DNA from: Entomortierella parvispora E1425
Lineage: Eukaryota; Fungi; Mortierellomycota
Assembly: GCA_020891255.1 (NCBI GenBank)
Contig: BQFW01000009.1
Location: 434,001-498,000 of the forward strand
Length of the DNA stretch: 64,000 nucleotides
Reading direction: 5' to 3'
The notes below the pieces were generated by a model. It had not been told where the DNA came from, ran no database searches, and saw only the letters and a program-made list of their open reading frames with translations. The translations under genes were made by a program, and so were the position numbers. Positions 46,027 through 55,781 of the stretch are shown here, in pieces (positions within the stretch are counted from its first letter, which is position 1; each line of letters opens with the position of its first letter).

Positions 46027-46587
46027 TCACTGGAGAGTAAACTTCTTGACAGTGAAGAGAGTGCAACGATCCAGTGCCCGCTTCAACTCTTTGGGCCTGT
46101 CATAAACCCCTTTCCAGAGCGCGTTCCCTCGCTGTCGAGCGCTTCCGTGCCTCTTCGTCTTCTTTATCGCCTTGCGATCGCCGCTAGAAAATCTTCCTTG
46201 TCTCGAGTGCCTTCTCTTTCTCTTTCGCTTAGACTTTGTCCTTGTCGAATCACTGCGGTCGGCGTCCTCCTGCCGGTCCGAGTTTGGGTCTTCAGACGAA
46301 TCCGAGTTGGATGCCTCCGACGACCTTTCGTCCTCCTCGTAGGACCGATCCAGCTTGTCCAAGCGTCTCTCGCTTTGCTTCAGATCAGAGAATTCATTCT
46401 GGAGACTCCAGCGTTGTTCATGAAAGGCATCTTTGTAAGCAGCTGTTTCGTTCAAATAGACGCCTTGGATCTTGTTGGATGCTGAACGGTCTTGATCGTC
46501 CTCGTCCTCAGAGCGGATGCTTCTGGAAGAGTTGTCGTCGTCAGTGGAACCACCGAGATTCGTTTTCAACAGGAGGTAGACGTTCAT
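46027..46587 (-). CDS. Uncharacterised small protein, tandem family member A (186 aa)
   Basis: Shares IQGVYLNETAAYKDAFHEQRWSL and W...CTLFTV with its neighbours. Confidence 0.7.
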   Translation of the reverse strand: MNVYLLLKTNLGGSTDDDNSSRSIRSEDEDDQDRSASNKIQGVYLNETAAYKDAFHEQRWSLQNEFSDLKQSERRLDKLDRSYEEDERSSEASNSDSSEDPNSDRQEDADRSDSTRTKSKRKRKRRHSRQGRFSSGDRKAIKKTKRHGSARQRGNALWKGVYDRPKELKRALDRCTLFTVKKFTLQ

Positions 46588-46903
46588 CGGCCTTTGGGGG
46601 GTGGTATCGCTTTTTTTTTCTTTTTAGAGAGATATTTCAGAAGCCTGTTGTTGTTGCCGTTGTTGTTGTTTTAGAAGGAACAACGATGGAGAGGATGTCC
46701 AGAATGAAGAGAGGGAGAGAGATGAAAAAGGAAAAGAGTGTTTTGATCGAGATTTATGGGTTTGATGTCATCCACCCGACAAGGTGTCAAAAGAGTCAAA
46801 AAGTTTCGATCTGAGGAAAAGAACAATAGAGTACAGCAGTGTAACCCACGATGCCTTGAGATTTGGGATCCAGTTCGCTGATAGGGGGTAGAGCAAAGGA
46901 GAC

Positions 46904-47220
46904 TCAATGAAGCATTTTCTCATGGACCGAGTAACGGACCTGAGTGGCCATGAGGGTGAACTTTGGCTCGGACAAGCGCTCATCGATCATCTCACCCAGC
47001 TTCTCAAAAGAGATTTCCCACGAGTCCTGTGGATCGCAGGCAAAACGACCCATGTCGTTCCTCATTGAACATTTCCTCTAAATCCGCTAAAGCAAGACTT
47101 TCAAGCTGAAACTTGTAAGCGGCCTTGTAGGCGACTTCCTTCACCCGAAAGACCTTTGTCCACCCAGGACGTGGTTTCCACGCGCTTGTAGCCGTCAAAG
47201 TGGAAAAAATGTATGACCAT
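46904..47220 (-). pseudogene. Tandem family member B, broken by two apparent +1 frameshifts
   Basis: MVIHFFHFDGYKRVETTSWVDK, then VFRVKEVAYKAAYKFQLESL..EE, then DMGRFACDPQDSWEISFEK..FTL lie in three successive frames. Confidence 0.6.
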
Positions 47221-47572
47221 TTACACTTTCACGGTCGTGATATGACTGCTGAACTGCTGCAGCAGGGAGGAGGGTTGGTGCGCTGGCAAGAAAATGATGG
47301 CGAAACTGCTGTAGATGACAATGCAGATACGGTGAGCAAAACATGCGGGCGCAAGTGTGAGAACGACGGTGCAACAGAGTAAGAAAGAGAGAAAATAAAC
47401 AAGAACGGGGCAGTTGATATTGGGAAGAAATAGCTTGGGCCTCAGGATTTGCCATCATTTTTTTTCTTGCTTTATTGATGTCAATAGCAGCAGGAAGGAA
47501 CTTCACAACAGAGTGAAGAGAGAGACCAGAGACCATGGATCAGACTCGAGGAGAGCCAAGCGTGTTGTCTCG

Positions 47573-47908
47573 TTATTTTGCTTCGTGCTCTTGGACGGTG
47601 TAGAGCGTGCATTTCTCTCCTTTGGTCAACCTCTGGATCTTCTCGAAGGAGATTTCCCAGTTGCGGTCCCTTGTGTCCCGGGTGTACGTGAATGCAGGGT
47701 TGTCATCGTCATCATCGTGCTCACTGTCGAGCTCCTTGCCCCACATGATGCGTTCATACTGGAGACTCTTCAACTGCAGGTTGTGAGCGGCCCTAAAAGC
47801 TCTCTCGTTACTGCGATAGACCTCGACAGCCGTTGGAGAGTCAACTGGGCTGCCTTTGTTGTTCTCATCGCGTCTAGACTCCTGCTTCATCACAACGTAG
47901 ACTTTCAT
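47573..47908 (-). CDS. Uncharacterised small protein, tandem family member C (111 aa)
   Basis: VEVYRSNERAFRAAHNLQLKSL, WEISFEK and CTLYTV are shared with members A and B. Confidence 0.7.
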   Translation of the reverse strand: MKVYVVMKQESRRDENNKGSPVDSPTAVEVYRSNERAFRAAHNLQLKSLQYERIMWGKELDSEHDDDDDNPAFTYTRDTRDRNWEISFEKIQRLTKGEKCTLYTVQEHEAK

Positions 47909-48261
47909 AATGGTGGTGCCTTTTTGCGGTCGATATCAGTCCTGTTAGTTGGCGGTTCTGGTGAGGAGCTTGGAGTTGGAAAGGAACAAAAGAGAAGAAC
48001 GAGGGGATAGGGCCAAAACAAAAAAACAAAAAAACAAAAAACAAAAAAAAAGTCAGTTGATGTCCAAGTTTGTTCATATTTCCACCTGGATCGCCCTGAT
48101 CAATCCCCATCACCATCACGCCTGAATTACAGTCGCTATTTCACGGTGACCATGGTGCAGATACTGCGAACCACTGCGGGTACAATGCGAATACTCTCGT
48201 TAAATATTTATTATTTTTTCTTGATAATAAATATCCTTCTGACCTCTTACGCCCTTGTCCT

Positions 48262-49524
48262 CTATTTTTTACGCACTTGGTACTTTCGCTTCAGGCGTTG
48301 GGTCTTGACATCCTTGCCCAACCGAGTGATCAATCGATGACCTTGCATATGGACCAATTTCTGGACTGCCTGCAAGCTCGAGAGTCCCTCCTCCATCACC
48401 AAATAAACAAACTCCATGACGACCATCGACCGCATCTCGTAGAGACTCTTCTGGGAGAGTCTCCATTTCCCTCCATATTTCGAATTGAGGTCCTGCACAG
48501 AAGGTTCGCCCTCATAGCCGAAACGCCACTCTTGAAGAACATCGCCAACAGCTTGGATCTCCACGTTGATGCGATAATGACTGGGGACATTCCGGTCATA
48601 TTTCTGAACTTGACCGCCCACGGTCAAAAACCTAAACTCTTGGGCTGTGAACTGTGAATAGTCGCCATATTTGAGCGCGGCGGCTGCATTGGCAGCGACA
48701 GGATCGACTGGATCGTTCTCTTGAAAGTCGTCGTCGGTATCCTCATACATTTCTCGTCGCGACTTGGCGTGCGCCGCGTGGATGGCCGAGGTGGATACCT
48801 CTGGTGTGTCAGGGCGAGAATCGGTGGCCCTGGTGGAGAGAGGGGATGGAAGCTGAACTGCTCTAGCGACTGCAGCAGATTGTAGTGGTTGCGTTTGTTG
48901 TCTTGGTTGATGCTGCTTCAGTGGCGGTGATCGTTGATGTTGTTGTTGCCCTCCGTGCTGGTTCCTGAGTCGTAAGACTGGATGGAGAAGGTCACGAATT
49001 GGAGAGATGGTGGGATCCATGCGCCTTAGTTCATCCGCTTGTCCTTCCAGTGGAGTAACGAATTCAACGATATAACTTTCTAAACTATCCCACGTTGGGA
49101 GGGTGTCTCTTCCATGGTCCTCGCAATATTGCTACAAACACACATCCCACAGTCAGAAAAGTCAAACAACATTAAAATCAACAACAATAACTTTGTTTTT
49201 GTCTGTTGGAAAAAACACGGGGAGAACTTTGCTTCGCGTCAATACCTCCCAATAAACAAGTCCCTTGTCTTCCTCCGGCAAGGTCGCGGCGCGAGCGATT
49301 CTTTTTTGGCGCTTCAACTCGTCCTGTCGAAGTCCGATATCTTCGAGATAGTCATCCACAAGAGTCTTTCGCTTCCTATTGGGCAGGCTCTATTCCAAGT
49401 GGTCTGATGGGTTATGCATTACACTCCTTTTTTCACTTTTAGCGCTGAACATTCAAGAAATGTCGTGTCTTTGACCTACTACTTGCAGCATCTGCAATTG
49501 CCTTTCAGAAGATGTCTCTTCCAT
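48262..49524 (-). CDS. GCR1_C-domain (Gcr1/Msn1/Hot1, Crypton-related) DNA-binding protein; three predicted exons
   Basis: C-terminal YRIN..VGDVLQEWRFGYEGEPSVQDLNSKYGGKWR is the GCR1_C pattern. An in-frame intron at 49132-49245 gives VYWE|QYCEDHG..WDSLESYIVEFV. Exon 1 from ATG 49524 is tentative. Confidence 0.65.
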
Positions 49525-49673
49525 GAGAGCGTGAGAATTCTTGACGCAGATGAATGTGGAATGGTGGGAGACAGGAGACAATTGCCGTGACTACTCTGTA
49601 CCATCGAAAGAAGGGTAGGACCGTGCCCCAGCCCCCATCGCAAGATACATTTTATTGTTTCGAATGCTTGGGC

Positions 49674-52600
49674 TCACTTTTCAATCGCTTGCTTCTGAAG
49701 CAGCAACGTCTTCTCCATTGTTCCGAGTCCAGAGACATCGTTGATTCGAGCTCCTGTGCAGTTCAATCGACTGGGGAAGGATCCCCAGACCATGTTCACC
49801 TCAACCTCGGTCCCAGTCTCGTTCTCGACCACCCTCCAGACACAGATGGACCGATCTTTGCTTCCCGTCACAAACTCCAACCGTGCAGCCTGATTCCAAG
49901 CAACCGATGTGACCTCTCCTAAAAACTCCCGGATCATCGTCTTGCACGTCCAACTGGGATTGAATCCTTCCATTTGTTTTTTCCAAAGTCGGACAGAACA
50001 ATCAATGCCTGCAGTGGCGATCCATTCACCACAGGGTGACCAAGCGATGCTTTCAATCGCAAACTCATGCAGACAGGAAGAGTGGACAAACTCCAGTGCA
50101 CCAAAGTCCCAGATGTGCAAGGTTGCCCAATCTGCCATCGCAAGATAAGCGCCACAGGGTGAGTAAGCGATATCATGCGACTCGTAGTCCCAAACAGCAG
50201 TGCATTCAGCGGTTTCCGTGTCCCAAACAAGAATCGCCCTGTCAAACCCACTGGTAACAAGCTGGCGACCATTAGGTGAGAACGCTGCAACGGTGACAAC
50301 ATCACTGTGGCCTGACAAAACTCGTTCTTTGGCTCCTGTGTGAACGTTAATCAGTCGTATCAGCTGGTCACTGTCCCAAGTGGCTACCCACTGACCGCAT
50401 TTTGAATAGGCAACACGGTTGCCAGATTCAGTCAAATGATCCATCATTTGGGCAGCCTTGGCATCGTGAAGGTCGTAGCGGATAAGATCGGTTCCTGAAA
50501 TAAAGAACTGAAAGCTGTCCGTGGTATAATCGGCCAGATCTTGGGTGGCAGGTTGGATCTTGAGCGGACGGGAGTAACCTGTCTCTGCGCTCCATTGTCT
50601 AACGGCGTTGTCTCTGCCACATGAGAAAATGTCGTGTCCGTCCGGTGAATAAAACACGCTAGTGACTTCGTCATCGTGCATGGGCAACTCTAGACTGTGG
50701 CCTGCCATGTACTCCTCCTTTCCTAACTCCCAGATCTTGATCGCCTTTTCTGTCCCAGAGACGACCTCCCGATCATTCAAAAAGACCACACATTTGACCC
50801 ACTCAGCGTGACCGGTCCATGAGTTGACAAAAGCCCCTGCCTCCATGGTCCACAGTCGTACAGATCGGTCCTGGCCCGCAGAGGCAATTCGTTGGCCATC
50901 TCGGGAGAATGCCACACTGTTGATTTCCTCTGTATGGCCTTTGAGTATGACGGCATCTCCACCGCGTCGAAGGTCCCAGAGCCGTAACTCCTTATTAGCG
51001 CTAGAAACAAGGCGGTGACCGTTCGGAGAGAACGAGAGTCCAGCGTCCTTCAATGGCTCAGCATTTGTATCCAGAACCCTCTCGGTAAGTCTAGTTTTCA
51101 AATTCCAAAGACGGACCTCACCATCGCTGCTGGCAGTGGCTATTATTTTTCCGATCGGAGACCAGGCAACGCATAACACTGCCTCTTTGTGTTGCTCCAG
51201 AACAAGAAGGGCGTCTCCTGTTTCAACGTCCCATATTCGCACCGTTGTATCCGAACTAGCAGAAGCTAGTTGTCGTTCGTTGGGTGAAAAGGATACATCA
51301 TTCACCGATCCCGAGTGTCCCTTCAAATTAAGGCTAGCCCCTCCTTCTTCCAAGGACCTGATTCGTACGGTGGAATCCACTCCACCAGACGCAATATATG
51401 AGCCAGATCGTGTAATATCGACACTCCAGACATGACCGACATGGTCTCCAAAGTAACGGACCTCCTTCCAGACAGAAATATCAAAGACCCCGACTCGTCC
51501 GTTCCCAGAGATCTTGTTATGAGCAATAACCATCAGGTTTCCATCTAGAGAGACAGCACATGTCCTGAAGCCTGTGACATCTATGGCTGGCTTTTCTCCA
51601 AAGCAAGCCCCCTCCATCTGTGCATCGCTCAGGTCGGCTTGCCTAAGCCAGGCCTGGGTCAAGTTGGCCCTATTCAGATTGGCGCCTTGCAATTGAGCAG
51701 AGTCAAAGAGACCAGCTGTCAGATTGGCTCCAGGGACTTGGATCCCTCGAAGATCAGTTCCATGGAAAGAAACCCCTCCCTGCACCAAGATCGTAATGGC
51801 ATTAGCGGCTGCTTGACTGAGCAAGGGGACCGTTTTGGACAACTCGACAATAGCCCTGAGCTGGTTCTTAAACTCCTCGCTTTGCTGTACGCGATCACAA
51901 AGAAAGTTGATGATGGACTGCTCGGGTACGAGGTCTTTGGTGACGAATGGGTGCTGAAATAATGGCGGCGGACTGACGGATGAGGTAAGACAGGCAGCGA
52001 GGTCAAGATGATGAGGGTCCTTTCGAGGGTCGAAAATCCTGCAAGAGTAAAAGTATTCCAGGATGGATCGATGAGTAAACGCGTACATGCTGGCGCTATT
52101 CACCGACTGGCAGTCAGCTTGTGGATCTTTTTCAAGCTTCTGAACGATGGTGCGGCAGACTAATAGACTCGACTGTCGTAAAAGCATAGCTTTTGCATCG
52201 GGACCAAAGAAGGCGGTTTTCCAAGTTCCGTCATCCTCGCAACCAGAGTACTTGACTGCATTCGCTCCATCATTTTCCTTGAACATCGACTCGGATAGAT
52301 CCCTTGAAAAGCCGACCCCTAGCTCGATGAAGTTGGCCTCTATTGAGGGTAAATCATCGTGTTCCTTCAAATTCATCTCGTCCCACGATTGTGTTGTAAG
52401 ACGGTCCAGTTCGTTCTCAAAGTGCTGTTCCACAAACTCGTCGTAGAGACGAGCTCTGGTGACTTTGGTGGCAGTACTGTCAATCGTGGGCAGAATATCT
52501 AACAGTATCTTGAGCAAAAATGGATTTTTGACGAGATCTGACATGTTGGTGATGCGCTCCAGCTGGTCCATGTATTCGTCCGCTGTCCAAACTGGCTCCT

Positions 52601-54992
52601 GACTAGAAATTTCACGCGTTTCCGATGCCATTTTGAACTGCTCGATATAGGCTCTGATCTGCTTCTCATCAAAAGGGACAATGACAGCCTCTTCATAGAG
52701 ATCGGAGTGACCACGACCACGGGATCCCTCCGGTTGGGGCTCAAGGTATCTTCGGTAGTTTGGGGCGAGATATTGACTTCGACAGCTGACCAGCATCTTG
52801 GCCGCCCATTGTCCCGGTTTGTTCAGTTGGTTGCTCACATACAGGTTGGTCCATTTCCGACACTCATCGTATCCATCGCATATCAAAATGAACTTTGCTG
52901 ACTTTTTGAGCTCATCGATTTGCTCTGCTGAAAACATGCCCAGTTGCTTCAGATGTTGTTGAATCATGTCGCTGTCGGGATTGTCTACAGCTTTCAGATC
53001 GATGAAGAGTGGAATACTTTCTCCAAGCTGATATTTCTCCCAGAGATCATGCTCCAAGTGACGGTTGAATATTGACTTTCCTGCCCCAGAGTCTCCTAAT
53101 ATCAACATGACTTCCCGCCTGCTCCCCAAGAAGGCACCCACCCGCTTGGCTAAGGGAACCAGGTTGTTGCCAGAAGCTTGCAAACTCGGCTTTGACATGG
53201 GCGGGATATAAATTGAATTGCTGTCATAAGCCTGAAGTCTCTCCTCTCGAAATCGGCTTAGGTGGAGATCGAGGTTTGGTGCGCTGTTGACTTCCTTGAG
53301 CAGCAGAGATGATTTTGGAGGAGGCAGACGAGACGTCAGCGGGTATGGATATGAAAACGGTTTGTCTCCTCTTTTTTCGATATCCTGTGTCAGCATCTTG
53401 ACCCAAGTCTGTATTCTCGAGTCCCCGGTTGAAGGGGAAGGATCCTCAGATAGACATTCTGAGATCCGCTGAAGGATTGTCGCCACCCAACGTCTAAGAT
53501 TCTGGTGGTCCTTCGAGTCCTCGTTCGTCTTGTAAAGTGCGCCGAGGAATACCACGGCATGCAGACGAGTGTTGTCATCCCACGATGGATCAACAGCGGC
53601 CTCTCCAAGCAGTTGACAGACGCCCCATTGAAACAGGTAGCCGTGGTGACTGGGTGCCTCGCAAATCAGTTTGTTCAGATCTGCGAATTGTCCTTTGCGA
53701 GCTAACTCCTTGGCGCTCCGGAGGGTGATGTACCAAAGCGCCTTCTGTCCAGAGTCAAGCCCCTCTCTCAGGCCATCAAAGAGCCCTAGTCCGTTTTCAA
53801 ACAGTGCGGATACGTCTTCAAAGCCCGCTTTGATAAACTTGCACGTGTCGATAACGGATTTTTGAACATCCTGCAAGCCCTCTATGACCTCGTTGAGGTC
53901 CAATTGGGATGCGCCTGCCATTTGGAAGTGACCGCTAGACATGCCTGCAAAATGACGAAGGGAGCACTGGAGCGCGTTTTCGTCGTCTGGCACCCATTGT
54001 AAAGCCTGAAAGGTGTACACTGACTGGTATCGTAAAAAAGGATCCTTGTTGGTTTTGAGTCCAGTCAAAATTCGAAGTAATGGCTCGTGTTCCTGGACGC
54101 GACTGAGATCCTGGATCTTTTGACTGGCCATGACATCGAGCAACCTGGAGATGGCTACTGTTAAATAGATGGAGCCCTCGTCACTCTGCTGAGCAGGATC
54201 CTCAAGTCGCCAGCGAATGGAACGTAGGATCTGGACCATGTCATCGGGACGCAGGCTACCAGGCTGAGCATCCTCGACCAACTGCACAAGACCTTGCAGC
54301 ACCTCAAAGTCCAATACCGGCGTCTTGTGAAAAGTCCTGAGGAAACAATTTAGAAGCTTTCTGTAGTACGCAACATCTAGTACAGATCCTAGGAGGACCA
54401 CTTCACGAACGGCCTCTGCGTCTTTGGTAGGATGCATGACGAATTTGTCGACAACTCGCTCCAATTGCCGCAGAATATGATCCTTTTCAACGGGTTGACT
54501 CTCCATTTTTTGCTTCCAATCCTGATGAGTCTGTGGTGCTGATGAATATGATGAAACTGATGATACTGAGAGCGTTGTTGACGGCGAAGACCTTGAGGAG
54601 GTTGACGAAGAAGATGCGGATGAAGTTGGCGATGGTGGGCGTGGGGTCTCTGCTAAAAGACTGGCACAGTAGACGAGCGTCTGTGTTTCTTCAATGCGGC
54701 CGCCGATGGCAGGAAGCTGAATCTCGACCTCGTTCTTGGACACATTGTTCCGAAAAATATTGGATCCGATCGGATCGTGCTTCGGTTCCTGACGTAAACT
54801 CAAGGCTGGTGTCGAACTCTGACTATTAGGCCCGCTCGTGCTGGCTGGTGTCGAATTTAAGAGCGTCTTGAACTTGGCAGCCAAACGCGATTCCTTGGTT
54901 TTAGGAGTTGGCGCCGAGCTTGGTGCAAGAGCCCTGGCTGAAGCAGTACCAGAGCTGCCTGGTGGGCGAGCCGAGTGCGGCAAGTTCGTCAT
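49674..54992 (-). CDS. NLR-like STAND protein: helical N-terminus, NACHT-type NTPase, pentapeptide repeats and ~14 WD40 repeats (1772 aa, intronless)
   Basis: Walker A GDSGAGKS, Walker B FILICDGYDE, pentapeptide run ANLTAGLFDSAQLQGANLNRANLTQA, and GH..V..V.FSP.G..LAS...D..VRIWD repeats. Confidence 0.92.
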   Translation of the reverse strand: MTNLPHSARPPGSSGTASARALAPSSAPTPKTKESRLAAKFKTLLNSTPASTSGPNSQSSTPALSLRQEPKHDPIGSNIFRNNVSKNEVEIQLPAIGGRIEETQTLVYCASLLAETPRPPSPTSSASSSSTSSRSSPSTTLSVSSVSSYSSAPQTHQDWKQKMESQPVEKDHILRQLERVVDKFVMHPTKDAEAVREVVLLGSVLDVAYYRKLLNCFLRTFHKTPVLDFEVLQGLVQLVEDAQPGSLRPDDMVQILRSIRWRLEDPAQQSDEGSIYLTVAISRLLDVMASQKIQDLSRVQEHEPLLRILTGLKTNKDPFLRYQSVYTFQALQWVPDDENALQCSLRHFAGMSSGHFQMAGASQLDLNEVIEGLQDVQKSVIDTCKFIKAGFEDVSALFENGLGLFDGLREGLDSGQKALWYITLRSAKELARKGQFADLNKLICEAPSHHGYLFQWGVCQLLGEAAVDPSWDDNTRLHAVVFLGALYKTNEDSKDHQNLRRWVATILQRISECLSEDPSPSTGDSRIQTWVKMLTQDIEKRGDKPFSYPYPLTSRLPPPKSSLLLKEVNSAPNLDLHLSRFREERLQAYDSNSIYIPPMSKPSLQASGNNLVPLAKRVGAFLGSRREVMLILGDSGAGKSIFNRHLEHDLWEKYQLGESIPLFIDLKAVDNPDSDMIQQHLKQLGMFSAEQIDELKKSAKFILICDGYDECRKWTNLYVSNQLNKPGQWAAKMLVSCRSQYLAPNYRRYLEPQPEGSRGRGHSDLYEEAVIVPFDEKQIRAYIEQFKMASETREISSQEPVWTADEYMDQLERITNMSDLVKNPFLLKILLDILPTIDSTATKVTRARLYDEFVEQHFENELDRLTTQSWDEMNLKEHDDLPSIEANFIELGVGFSRDLSESMFKENDGANAVKYSGCEDDGTWKTAFFGPDAKAMLLRQSSLLVCRTIVQKLEKDPQADCQSVNSASMYAFTHRSILEYFYSCRIFDPRKDPHHLDLAACLTSSVSPPPLFQHPFVTKDLVPEQSIINFLCDRVQQSEEFKNQLRAIVELSKTVPLLSQAAANAITILVQGGVSFHGTDLRGIQVPGANLTAGLFDSAQLQGANLNRANLTQAWLRQADLSDAQMEGACFGEKPAIDVTGFRTCAVSLDGNLMVIAHNKISGNGRVGVFDISVWKEVRYFGDHVGHVWSVDITRSGSYIASGGVDSTVRIRSLEEGGASLNLKGHSGSVNDVSFSPNERQLASASSDTTVRIWDVETGDALLVLEQHKEAVLCVAWSPIGKIIATASSDGEVRLWNLKTRLTERVLDTNAEPLKDAGLSFSPNGHRLVSSANKELRLWDLRRGGDAVILKGHTEEINSVAFSRDGQRIASAGQDRSVRLWTMEAGAFVNSWTGHAEWVKCVVFLNDREVVSGTEKAIKIWELGKEEYMAGHSLELPMHDDEVTSVFYSPDGHDIFSCGRDNAVRQWSAETGYSRPLKIQPATQDLADYTTDSFQFFISGTDLIRYDLHDAKAAQMMDHLTESGNRVAYSKCGQWVATWDSDQLIRLINVHTGAKERVLSGHSDVVTVAAFSPNGRQLVTSGFDRAILVWDTETAECTAVWDYESHDIAYSPCGAYLAMADWATLHIWDFGALEFVHSSCLHEFAIESIAWSPCGEWIATAGIDCSVRLWKKQMEGFNPSWTCKTMIREFLGEVTSVAWNQAARLEFVTGSKDRSICVWRVVENETGTEVEVNMVWGSFPSRLNCTGARINDVSGLGTMEKTLLLQKQAIEK

Positions 54993-55781
54993 TGAAGATC
55001 CTAACTAAATCGTATTGTTTAGTAAAAAAATTCATATCCCATAAGAATATCGGGATGGGTCTAAAGATGTTACCTTTGCAGGCTAGTGCTGTAATACTTT
55101 GATCACCAAGAAGACACGCCTTTTTGAAGTACTAGGTCAATTTCAGCTGCACCCTCTAATCGCTACTACAGAAAAAAGACTTAGTTGACATTATACTGGG
55201 CAGCAAGAACAAGGGGTTCAGCACCACGTACCTGTGCAGTCGCAACAACTGGTATCCGACAAAATTGAACGGAGAGCAGGGAGAGAGAGAGGGGATTGGC
55301 AGGATGAGTGAACAAATGAATGAATGAATGCAAAAACAAATGGATGAATGAGTGGATGAACGTACAAGGCACTGGCAGATGAGTCAATGCGGGAGTGCCC
55401 GTTCAGTGGTGGTACTCCTCAAAGACTACCACCGCCCGCCCCCCAACCAACCAACCAACTAATGTGACACGATGCACTGACCTCCAAGCATAACGGCGGC
55501 GGGAAGGTTCGTTCTTGGCCAACAGTTGGAACCACTTTACGCCCAACGCCACCAGCTCGCCCCCTGGAGGGTTTTGTTGTTGGTGGTCCGACCCTCTTGC
55601 CCCACTAGATAAAGGCTGGAAAAAAAAGAGCCGCTCACCACATTTCGGCAACGCGAACGGTTGTCATGATCACTGCTCATTGAACACACTATCCCCCCTC
55701 TCTCTACTTCCACAAACAGGTTGATTTAGATAGATATGTTTATTGCCTTGTCATGATATGATAGGGTGGGTATGTACACGT

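Noticed and set aside
49800-51550. HET-E-type highly conserved internal WD40 repeats
   Set aside because: The repeats are clearly divergent from one another, with no near-identical 126-bp units.
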